The notes under the pieces: generated by a model
The model's database searches: none
What the model saw: the letters and a program-made list of their open reading frames with translations, nothing else
What the model was told of the DNA's origin: nothing
Made by a program: the position numbers and the translations under genes
Part shown: piece by piece, positions 41,542 through 50,233 of the stretch
How the letters are laid out: every line of letters begins with the position of its first letter
How positions within the stretch are numbered: the stretch's first letter is position 1
Assembly (NCBI RefSeq): GCF_965204145.1
Contig: NZ_OZ241977.1
Span: 1,754,887-1,818,886 of the forward strand
Length of the DNA stretch: 64,000 bases
Direction: 5' to 3'
DNA from: Candidatus Poriferisocius sp.
Lineage (GTDB): Bacteria > Actinomycetota > Acidimicrobiia > Acidimicrobiales > Bin134

Positions 41542-42421
41542 ATGAGAATCACCGACTTGCCAACTTACGACGAATTGATGTTACCGACGATTGAAGCGCT
41601 CAAAGAAGAAGGAGGCTCGAGTCGGCGTCAAGAAGTCGTTTTGGCGGTCGCGATCAGGCTGGATTTGACGGATGAGCATCTCGATGTGCGGTATGAGAGC
41701 TCTGGAGCGCCCATCTTTGCAGACCGGATCAGTTGGGCTCTGAGCTATCTAAAAATGGGGGGTGCTACCGACAACTCGAAGCGGGGGGTATGGGCGCTCA
41801 CTGAGTTGGGATGGAGCATCGAGTCTGAGGACCAAGTCAAGTCGCTGTTGAAGGACGTCCAGTCTGAAAAGGGCCGCGCCTCCTCACGTCGCCCGAAAGA
41901 GGAGAGTCTTGATGACCAAGACCCTGCGCCCTGTGAAGAGCTTGCTCCTGATAGCGAACACTGGAAGGGTCGCTTACTCGAACGGCTACTCGACATGACA
42001 CCAAGTGCCTTTGAGCGACTCACGCAACGCTTGCTCCGGGAAGCTGGATTCCGAGACGTTGAGGTTCTAGGGCAGTCGGGTGACGGTGGCATCGACGGCG
42101 TCGGGGTGTATCGCCTCTCACTTGTGTCATTCCCGATCTTCTTCCAGTGCAAGCGGCACAAAGGGCAGGTCTCTGCTGGAACTGTTCGCGACTTCCGAGG
42201 GGCTATGGCAGGCCGGGGAGAGAAGGGGTTGCTGGTCACCACCGGCACATTCACGCGAGGGGCAAGAGAGGAAGAGCCGAGACGGTGCGCCTCCTGTTGA
42301 GCTGATTGACGGTGATGATCTGTGCGACTTGCTGAAGGAGTACGAACTCGGGGTTCAAACACAGATGGTCGAGGAAGTCGATTTGAATCCAGATTTCTTT
42401 GACCAGTTCGAAAGCAAATAA
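41542..42421 (+). pseudogene. mrr: Mrr-type (type IV) restriction endonuclease, frameshifted near 42274
   Basis: Mrr N-terminal domain; SGDGGIDG and QCK; the C-terminal RDGAPPVELIDG lies in a different frame; RBS GGAGGA before ATG 41542. Confidence 0.85.
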
Positions 42422-42460
42422 GCCGCGCAGAAAGACCTGCGTTGTCCAGAAACACGCCTG

Positions 42461-43573
42461 CTACGTCGATCGGAAGGAAGCAAGAACCTCCTGCCAGAGG
42501 GCAGTGAGGGTTGAAGTGGGTTCGTAGGTGCGCCCTCGCTTCTCGCCGACGGGATGGAGCAGTCCGGCGTCGACCAAAGCTGAGAGGTCTCGAGTGGCCA
42601 TGGCCGAGCTGATCTGGTCGCCGGTGGTCCAGGTGACCACCTTGGCGTACAGGGACCGGTGCAGCCGCCAGCCCCGAGCGGCATCGCACATCGGGCCGAC
42701 CGTCCGACCGGGAAGTTTGTGCTTTGCCGCTAGCCGCTCACATGCATCCCAAAGAGATTCAGTGGCTTGAATTCGCCGCAAGTGCCGCTGCACCTGCTGC
42801 TCATGGGCATCGAGGGCGAAAGCCACCCAGGGCCGGGCGCTTCGCTCGGGCGACCACGAGCCTTGGGCCACAGCCGACAGCGCGTCGTAATACGCCGCAG
42901 TGTTGAAACCCAAGTGCTCTTCGATGCTGGCGAACCAGGGGTGAGACTCCCCGTCGGTGGCGAGCACGAACGACTGGGCGCAGCGGGCCATGCGCCCATT
43001 GCCGTCGCTGAACGGGTGAATGAGCGTGAGGTTGAGGTGGGCCATGGCCGCTGAGATGATTGGTGGTGCCTCTCGCGCAACAACCTGCTTGAGCATTTCC
43101 GCCACAAGCCCGTCTACCAGTCTCCGCTCCGGTGCCTCGTAGACCAAGTTGTGCTCGGCATCTTCGACCCACACCGCTCCTGGCCGCCATTCGCCGGGGT
43201 TCTTGTCCAAGTAGTGCTTGAGCATCATGTAGTGCAGCGCCTTCAGCAGTGTCTCGTTCAAGGGTGCTCCAGATGAGGCCACCCGAAGGGCGTAGGTCAT
43301 GGCTTCCTGATAGCCGAGAATGGCCAGTCGGGTGTCCTCATCGGGACCGTCGGGGCTCTCCCCGTCGATGATCGCCGCAGCGTTCTCCACGCTGGTGGTG
43401 TACCCCTCGATACTGTTGGAACCCTGGACAGCGGCAGCCTGCACCACCCGTCGTAGGGTGCCGTGCCATTGCCGGGGGACATGCAGTCGGTGACGAAGCC
43501 CGCGTCGAAGTTCCTCTATGCGGGCCAGCGCCTGCTCGTCGGCTGCTAAGGGGGTCGGAGTCCGATAGATCAC
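42461..43573 (-). CDS. Fic-family protein
   Basis: HPFSDGNGRMAR motif, SNSIEG inhibitory helix, C-terminal HTH-like segment. Confidence 0.9.
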   Translation of the reverse strand: MIYRTPTPLAADEQALARIEELRRGLRHRLHVPRQWHGTLRRVVQAAAVQGSNSIEGYTTSVENAAAIIDGESPDGPDEDTRLAILGYQEAMTYALRVASSGAPLNETLLKALHYMMLKHYLDKNPGEWRPGAVWVEDAEHNLVYEAPERRLVDGLVAEMLKQVVAREAPPIISAAMAHLNLTLIHPFSDGNGRMARCAQSFVLATDGESHPWFASIEEHLGFNTAAYYDALSAVAQGSWSPERSARPWVAFALDAHEQQVQRHLRRIQATESLWDACERLAAKHKLPGRTVGPMCDAARGWRLHRSLYAKVVTWTTGDQISSAMATRDLSALVDAGLLHPVGEKRGRTYEPTSTLTALWQEVLASFRST

Positions 43574-43596
43574 CCGCGCGATAGTATCTTATATAT

Positions 43597-44379
43597 CTAC
43601 GCTTGTTGATAAGTATTATTCAAACGACCGAGCCAGCCGATGACCGCCTCGGCCACGGCTTCGGGCTGTTCGGGCAGCAGGGCGTGGCCGGCGTTGGGGA
43701 TTACCACCACCTCCACCCGGTCGCCGACGGCTTCTGCCAGGGCGTCGGCGTTGGCGGGCACGGCCAGGCGGTCGTCGGCGGGCTGCACCGCCAGCATGGG
43801 GGCGGTGCCTCCGGCCCACCAGTCGCCCACCGGGGTGGACACGGTGGCCTGCTCCTGGGCTCGGGCCAGTTTTCCGAACCAGCCTTCGGCCCACACGCTC
43901 GCGTCGTTGCCTGGCGCGAAGAACGCTCGCCCTACCGCGTCTAGGCGGGCTTCGGGCGGGTTGCGGGGGTCGAAGATCGTCCGCATGGCCACGGCCATCT
44001 CGTCGGTAACCGGGATGAACCCGCCGCAGGCCAGCAGCACCAGGCTCTCCACCTGCTCGGGGTGGTTGGTGGCAGTCATGCGGGCGATCCGGTTGCCGTA
44101 GGCGTGCCCCACAATCACTGCGGGTCCCCCACCGATCTCGGTGATCACCGCGGCCACATCAGCAGCCAGAGTGGACAGAGTCTCCTCCCGGTCGGGCGCC
44201 GCGCTGGCCCCGAGACCTCGAGGCTCGGGGCAGGCAACCCGGTAGCCGGCGGCAGCCACGTCGGCGGCCAAGTGGTCGAAATCGGCCGCTCCCCGGCCCA
44301 TCGACGGCAGCATCACCACCAGCGGTCCCTCGCCGCGCACGTGTACTTCGATCAGCCCGTCGTCGGTGGGCACCATCAC
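43597..44379 (-). CDS. Alpha/beta hydrolase-fold protein
   Basis: GHAYG elbow and AGHALLPEQP. Confidence 0.8.
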   Translation of the reverse strand: MMVPTDDGLIEVHVRGEGPLVVMLPSMGRGAADFDHLAADVAAAGYRVACPEPRGLGASAAPDREETLSTLAADVAAVITEIGGGPAVIVGHAYGNRIARMTATNHPEQVESLVLLACGGFIPVTDEMAVAMRTIFDPRNPPEARLDAVGRAFFAPGNDASVWAEGWFGKLARAQEQATVSTPVGDWWAGGTAPMLAVQPADDRLAVPANADALAEAVGDRVEVVVIPNAGHALLPEQPEAVAEAVIGWLGRLNNTYQQA

Positions 44380-44468
44380 AATCTGGGACTGTAACCCAGG
44401 GGCAAAGAGGTCGAGCAGGTCAGCGCAGGCAACCGAATTCAGCCATCGCCGGTTAGCCTGTCGGCCAA

Positions 44469-45515
44469 GTGTCAGTCGCCGATTCTGCTGCTCCCCTGCT
44501 GTCCGTCGAGGGCGTGTACAAGTCGTTCGGCGCCACCAAGGTGCTGGTCGACTTCAATCTGACGCTGCACGCCGGGGAGATGCTCTCGCTGCTGGGGCCG
44601 AGCGGGTGCGGAAAGACCACGCTGCTGCGGCTCATCGCTGGCCTGGAGCAGGCCGACCAGGGCAAGGTGGTGTTGGACGGGAACCCGGTGGACGGCCACC
44701 GCTCCTGGATCCGGCCTGAGGACCGCCAGGTGGGCATGGTGTTCCAAGACTGGGCGCTGTTCCCCCACTTGGATGTGGCCGGCAACGTGGGCTACGGGGT
44801 CTCTCGCCGCCAGCGGAGCGCAGAGGTGGCCAAAACGCTGGAGTTGGTGAACTTGCCGGGAATGCAGGACCGCACCCCTGACACCCTCTCGGGCGGCCAG
44901 CAGCAGCGGGTGGCGCTGGCCCGGGCCGTCGCCCCCAAGCCCAAGGTGCTCTTGCTGGATGAACCCTTCTCCAATCTGGACGCCGCTCTGCGGCGCGAGG
45001 TTCGCACCGAGGTGCGCGAGCTGCTGCGCGATGCCGACATGACTGCGGTGTTCGTGACTCACGACCGGGAAGAGGCGTTGGTGCTGGGTGATCGCGTCGC
45101 GGTGATGAACGCCGGTCGCATCGTGCAGACCGGATCGCCCTCTGAGGTCTACCACCACCCGGCCACCCCCTGGGTGGCAGCCTTCGTAGGCGCGGTGTCG
45201 ATGTACCCCGCGGTGGCCGCGGGCTCCACGGCCGAGACCGATTTCGGGCCCGTTCCCCTCCTCGAGCCTCGTCAGGGCCCGGTTGAGGTGGCGGTGAGAC
45301 CCGAGGACGTGGACTTGCGCGCGGCCGAGGGCGAGGCTGCCACCCACACCGTGGAGAACTTCGAGTTCCAGGGTGCTGATGCCGTGGTTACCGTGGCCAA
45401 CCCCGACGGAATCTGTCTCCACATCCGAGTCAGCGGCACGCAGCGCTTCTCCCCCGGTGACTGGGTCGCCCCCTTCTACGCCGGTCCGCCTGCGGTGGCT
45501 TTCGACCGCGGCTGA
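44469..45515 (+). CDS. Fe3+-type ABC transporter ATPase
   Basis: GPSGCGKT, LSGGQQQR, LLLDEPF; TOBE-like tail. Confidence 0.9.
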   Translation: MSVADSAAPLLSVEGVYKSFGATKVLVDFNLTLHAGEMLSLLGPSGCGKTTLLRLIAGLEQADQGKVVLDGNPVDGHRSWIRPEDRQVGMVFQDWALFPHLDVAGNVGYGVSRRQRSAEVAKTLELVNLPGMQDRTPDTLSGGQQQRVALARAVAPKPKVLLLDEPFSNLDAALRREVRTEVRELLRDADMTAVFVTHDREEALVLGDRVAVMNAGRIVQTGSPSEVYHHPATPWVAAFVGAVSMYPAVAAGSTAETDFGPVPLLEPRQGPVEVAVRPEDVDLRAAEGEAATHTVENFEFQGADAVVTVANPDGICLHIRVSGTQRFSPGDWVAPFYAGPPAVAFDRG

Positions 45516-45614
45516 TCCCGACCATCAATCGACGGCAGCAAACTCCAGCCTGCTTCGCAAGCCATGTAAAGCAAGCTTTATCTCTATGGGCTCCTGTGGA
45601 TAAAGTCGCTCTTT

Positions 45615-47213
45615 GTGCAGTCGCCGACAATCCGTTCCCCGGCACTGCTGAAGATCGTCGCCGTCGTGGTAACCGTGGGATTTGCCTTTCCCGCTGGCTA
45701 CCTGGTGTGGCGCAACTTCACCTTCCACAGCGACCCGCTGGGCGTGCTGTTCTCCCAGCGCACGCAAGGACCGCTGCTGCGCACGCTGCGGCTGGCCGTG
45801 CTGGTCTCGGCCTCCACCGCGGTGCTGGGCACTGCCCTGGCCTGGCTGACGACCCGCTGCGACGTCCCGCTCAAGCGCATGTGGCAGGCACTCCTGCCGT
45901 TGCCGCTGGTGTTCCCCACGTTCATCGGCGCCGCGGCGCTGATCCGGACCCTCAACCCCGGCGGACTGCTGTCCGACTGGCTGGACAACCTAGGGGTGGT
46001 GTGGGACGTGGAAGTACGGGGACTGTTCGGCGCGTGGCTGGCGCTCACCCTGTTCACTTATCCATACGTGTACTTGCCGGTGGCCGCCCGACTGCGGCGC
46101 CTGCCCGGCTCAGCGGAGGAGACCGCGCGACTGCTGGGCGACAGGCCGATCACTGTGATCCGGCGAATCGTTCTGCCCCAGACGGCCACTGCCATCAGTG
46201 CGGGAACCCTTCTGGTGTTCCTCTACGCCATCAGCGACTTCGGCGCAGTACAGCTCATGCGCTACGACACGCTCAGCCGGGCCATCTACACCACCCGGCT
46301 CAACAATCAGCGGGTGTCGATGGCCCTCAGCGTGATCCTGCTGGTGCTGGCTGCGGTGGTGGTCCTGGTTGAGCGGGGCGCAACACGGCGCTATGAGCAC
46401 GCCGCCCCCGTGCGGTCGAGAAGCCCGGTGGTCTACCGCCTGGGGCGGACAAAGCCCCTCGCGGTGGCGTTCTTGGTCGGCGCGGTGACGCTGGGGCTCT
46501 TGGGGCCATTGGCATCGCTGGCCGACTGGACCATCGACGGCATCAGGCTGGAAGCCTCGGGCGGACGGGACCTCCTGGTGGGATGGGATGACGTGTGGTC
46601 GCCGACCTGGAACACCGCCTACGGCAGCATCCTGGCCGCGGTGGTCTCGGTGGCCCTGGTGCTTCCCGCCGCCTACCTCGTGGTGCGCTACCGGTCCCGG
46701 ATCGGCACGGTGGCCAACGCGGTCATCGTGTCGGCATTCGCACTTCCTGGGATCCTCATCGGGCTGGCGCTGTTGTTCTGGACGCTGAAAACCGACGCGG
46801 GCAGCCATCTCCGCAACACCCTGGTATTGCTGGTGTTCGCCTACATGGTGCGCTTCGGAGGCCAGACCATGCGCACCTCCCAAGTGGCGGTGGCCGCAGT
46901 GTCGACCCGGCTGACCGACGCGGCCCGCACGCTGGGCGCCAGTTGGGTGCGCCGCTTCCGGTCGCTGGAGCTGCCGCTCATGGCCCCCGGGCTGTTGGCC
47001 GGGGGCGGGCTGGTGATGCTGTCGGTGATGAAGGAGCTGCCCATCACCCTGCTCATCGCCCCATTCGACTTCCCCACTCTCACCACCAAGGCGTTCAACA
47101 GCATCGAGGAGGCCTTCGTCGCCGAGGCCGGCATCTGGTCGGGCGTGCTCGTGGTGCTGTCGGCCGTGCTCACCTGGCTCTTCGTCGTCCGCAGGGCGGA
47201 TCATTTCGATTAG
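45615..47213 (+). CDS. Fe3+-type ABC transporter permease (duplicated TM domain)
   Basis: Two EAA-like loops (EETARLLG, DAARTLG); SDFG and MKELP. Confidence 0.88.
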   Translation: MQSPTIRSPALLKIVAVVVTVGFAFPAGYLVWRNFTFHSDPLGVLFSQRTQGPLLRTLRLAVLVSASTAVLGTALAWLTTRCDVPLKRMWQALLPLPLVFPTFIGAAALIRTLNPGGLLSDWLDNLGVVWDVEVRGLFGAWLALTLFTYPYVYLPVAARLRRLPGSAEETARLLGDRPITVIRRIVLPQTATAISAGTLLVFLYAISDFGAVQLMRYDTLSRAIYTTRLNNQRVSMALSVILLVLAAVVVLVERGATRRYEHAAPVRSRSPVVYRLGRTKPLAVAFLVGAVTLGLLGPLASLADWTIDGIRLEASGGRDLLVGWDDVWSPTWNTAYGSILAAVVSVALVLPAAYLVVRYRSRIGTVANAVIVSAFALPGILIGLALLFWTLKTDAGSHLRNTLVLLVFAYMVRFGGQTMRTSQVAVAAVSTRLTDAARTLGASWVRRFRSLELPLMAPGLLAGGGLVMLSVMKELPITLLIAPFDFPTLTTKAFNSIEEAFVAEAGIWSGVLVVLSAVLTWLFVVRRADHFD

Positions 47214-47240
47214 GCAAGCCTGACGTGACACGCTGCGGGA

Positions 47241-48410
47241 ATGAGCATTGAGCCGTTTGAGATCGACGTCCCCCAAACCGACCTAGACGACCTGCACCGG
47301 CGTCTGGCCATGACCCGCTGGCCCGACACGGTGCGTCCGGGCTGGGCCGACGGCGCCGACGTGGCCTACATGCGGGAGCTTTGCGAGTACTGGGCCGACG
47401 ACTACGACTGGCGGGCCCGCGAGGCCTATCTCAACGCCTTTCCCCAGTTCACCGCCACTGCGGCCGGTGAGCGGGTGCACTTCTACCATGTGCGCTCGCC
47501 CGAGCCCGACGCCCTGCCCATGGTGCTCATCCACGGGTACATGGGCTCGGTGGTGGAATTCCGCGAGATGATGGGCCCGCTGTCCGATCCGGCAGCCCAT
47601 GGCGGGAACCCGGGCGACGCCTTCCACGTGGTGGTCCCCTCGCTGCCCGGCTACGCCTTCTCCGGACCCACCGCCAACCCCGGCGTGGACATGCACCACT
47701 GCGCCGATGCCATCGCCGGGGTCATGGAGCAACTGGGCTACGACCGCTACATCGTGCAGGGGGGCGACTGGGGGGCGCTGGTCACCCGGCGCATAGCCGA
47801 GGCCTACGGCGACCGGCTCATCGCCGCCCACTTCAACATGCTCTTCGCCCAACCCACCGCCGAAGAGGCCGCCGACCCCGAGAAGATGATGGACGGAGTG
47901 ACCGAGGCTGAGCAGGCGGCCCAAGCCAGGATGATCGAGATGATGGCCGGCGGCACCGGCTACATGGCCATGCTGAGCACCAAGCCCCAGACCCTGGCCG
48001 TAGCCCACAACGACTCCCCCGCCGGTCTGGCCGCCTGGTTCGTTGAGAAGTACCAGCACTGGTGCGACCTGGACGACGGCGACCTGGAGAGCGTGTTCAC
48101 CAAAGACCAGCTGCTCGACAACGTGATGCTGTACTGGACCACCGCCACCGCGGCGTCATCCGGGCGGCTGTACCTGGAGTCGGCCCGCAAGGGGACCTCG
48201 GCGCTCGACCCGTGGGCCGGCCAGATCACCGTGCCCACCGGCCATGCCGTCTACCCCCGGGAGCTGCTGCAAACCCCGCGGGCATGGGCCGAGCGCCGCT
48301 ACAACATCGTCCACTGGGCCGTGCAGCCCAAAGGCGGCCACTTCGCCCCCTTCGAGCAGCCCGAGCTGTTCACCGACGACCTGCGGACCTTCGGCCGCCT
48401 GTTCCGCTGA
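47241..48410 (+). CDS. Epoxide hydrolase (EHN family)
   Basis: EHN-type N-terminus, GGDWG, GGHFAPFEQP. Confidence 0.9.
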   Translation: MSIEPFEIDVPQTDLDDLHRRLAMTRWPDTVRPGWADGADVAYMRELCEYWADDYDWRAREAYLNAFPQFTATAAGERVHFYHVRSPEPDALPMVLIHGYMGSVVEFREMMGPLSDPAAHGGNPGDAFHVVVPSLPGYAFSGPTANPGVDMHHCADAIAGVMEQLGYDRYIVQGGDWGALVTRRIAEAYGDRLIAAHFNMLFAQPTAEEAADPEKMMDGVTEAEQAAQARMIEMMAGGTGYMAMLSTKPQTLAVAHNDSPAGLAAWFVEKYQHWCDLDDGDLESVFTKDQLLDNVMLYWTTATAASSGRLYLESARKGTSALDPWAGQITVPTGHAVYPRELLQTPRAWAERRYNIVHWAVQPKGGHFAPFEQPELFTDDLRTFGRLFR

Positions 48411-48418
48411 ACAGCCCT

Positions 48419-50170
48419 TCAAATCACAAGGCCGCTGCGGCGGTCCACCGTTCGATGGTCCTTTTCGATGATCGCGGTCACGTAGCTGAGGTCGAGCCGA
48501 CTGAGGTTCCAGTGCGAACGGAAGCCGTGGCGGAGCAGTTCGAGGTAGAGCAGACTGGGGCTGGATTCGGCCTGCCCAGAGAGATGCCGTCGAACGATCT
48601 CCTCCACGGCGGTCTCAGGAGGATCGACCAGTTCGCCAGCCACACCTTCAGCAGCGCGCATGGTGAGCATCAGGTCGAGTGTGGCTGTGTTCTCGAATCC
48701 GGATGCAAGCCCCTTCACTGAGCGTTGGCCCTTGTCCAGCATGGCGATGAGTTCCGGGACTACCTCCAGGCCAGCGGCTGCAATGGACCGCTGGAGTAGC
48801 TGCCACACCTTTCCAGAGCTGTTGCCGAAAAGCAGGGTGATGAACCCTCCCGGCTTCACAATACGGAGGCACTCTCGCAGGGCATCAGTCATGATCTGCT
48901 CGTATCGCTCAGCAGTCCGGACGGCGCCAGTGTCTACTCGGTCGATTACTGCCTCCTTGTCCGGGTCGGTGAACTCCGATAACCAGGCCTCTTGAAAGAG
49001 GTTCATGTCCGAGTAGAAGATATTGGCCCCGAAGGGCGGGTCGGTAAATACGTAGTCGACCGAATGATCTTCGATTGGCAGGTCATCGGCGCTCGCGCGC
49101 TGGTAGCTGATGCCATGATCATCTTCAGGGACCCAATTGAGACGAGTCCGACGTTCTGCGGCGATCCACCGGTCGGAGCGGATTGCAGCCTCGACCTTCC
49201 TGCTGAAGAGGTCGAAGACGTTCCACTCGTAGAACACCGGGGCAACGTAGTAATTGGCGTTTGCTGCATTGAGCGGGCGCTGACGGGACCACTGGTACCG
49301 CTTGCTCGCCCTGGTCAATATGGCCGTGAAGGCAAACCGCAGCTTGTCACGCAGGTCTGCTTCATCAACCTCGTCGATCCCGGCGCGTAGTGCAGCAAGA
49401 GCACAGAGATTGCGTTGAGAATAGAAGGAGGCCACAGATGTCAGACCGTGTCGACCAAGTGCAGAGGCAACATACATCTGACGAGACTCTTCGATGTCCA
49501 CATCAGGCCACATCAGACCGGACGAGTCGGCTTCCTGAATCGCTGGTCGATGGGCCTGCTCTATCTGGGTCCGAGAGCAATCACAGGCAATCGAATCCAC
49601 TACTGGCCTCTCATGGAGCCGCTGGCACCTACTCGAAACTGCCGCACCGCAGCCAGGGCAGGCCATCTGGGTCTTCTTCCAGTCGGCTGCTTCCAAGCAG
49701 TAGTAGAAGTTGAAACCTTGCCCGCAGGCTGGGCACTCCATGACCGCCGACCAAACCGTCTTGGCGATCTCTGCGTTGTCCCCGCAGAGTCCGCACTTCA
49801 CGGCATACACCTCCCCAACACGCTTTCTCGCTTGATCGATGACCTCATCGGCCCTCTTGCGCAAGTGTTCTTCCGACACCTGGTTCACGTAGTTGGTCCC
49901 AATATGTCGGCCGAGCGCCGAAACGTCGTACAACCGTGCTCTCCGACCAGTCATGAGCGCGGCCACTCCAGTCATCCCCGAGCCTGCGAATGGGTCAAGT
50001 ACGATTTCACCCTCTCGGGTGAAGGCCTCAATGAACGGCACGATGCCCGCCACCGGTACTTTGGTCAGGTACGCGTGGGCCATGTACACCGGGTCACTGC
50101 GCTTGACTGCAACCATCGACGGCAGGGCGGGAAGCCCGGTTTTGCTCACAACCCCGACCTTACCCACCAT
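48419..50170 (-). CDS. Amino (N6A/N4C) DNA methyltransferase with Zn ribbon
   Basis: YLTKVP, motif I DPFAGSG, several CxxC, motif IV DPPF; start uncertain (50170 vs 50215). Confidence 0.85.
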   Translation of the reverse strand: MVGKVGVVSKTGLPALPSMVAVKRSDPVYMAHAYLTKVPVAGIVPFIEAFTREGEIVLDPFAGSGMTGVAALMTGRRARLYDVSALGRHIGTNYVNQVSEEHLRKRADEVIDQARKRVGEVYAVKCGLCGDNAEIAKTVWSAVMECPACGQGFNFYYCLEAADWKKTQMACPGCGAAVSSRCQRLHERPVVDSIACDCSRTQIEQAHRPAIQEADSSGLMWPDVDIEESRQMYVASALGRHGLTSVASFYSQRNLCALAALRAGIDEVDEADLRDKLRFAFTAILTRASKRYQWSRQRPLNAANANYYVAPVFYEWNVFDLFSRKVEAAIRSDRWIAAERRTRLNWVPEDDHGISYQRASADDLPIEDHSVDYVFTDPPFGANIFYSDMNLFQEAWLSEFTDPDKEAVIDRVDTGAVRTAERYEQIMTDALRECLRIVKPGGFITLLFGNSSGKVWQLLQRSIAAAGLEVVPELIAMLDKGQRSVKGLASGFENTATLDLMLTMRAAEGVAGELVDPPETAVEEIVRRHLSGQAESSPSLLYLELLRHGFRSHWNLSRLDLSYVTAIIEKDHRTVDRRSGLVI

Positions 50171-50233
50171 GGGTGACAGTAACGGGTAATGCGCCGGTAC
50201 ACTCCCGGCAGTCATGAGTGCAGGCAGTACCTA

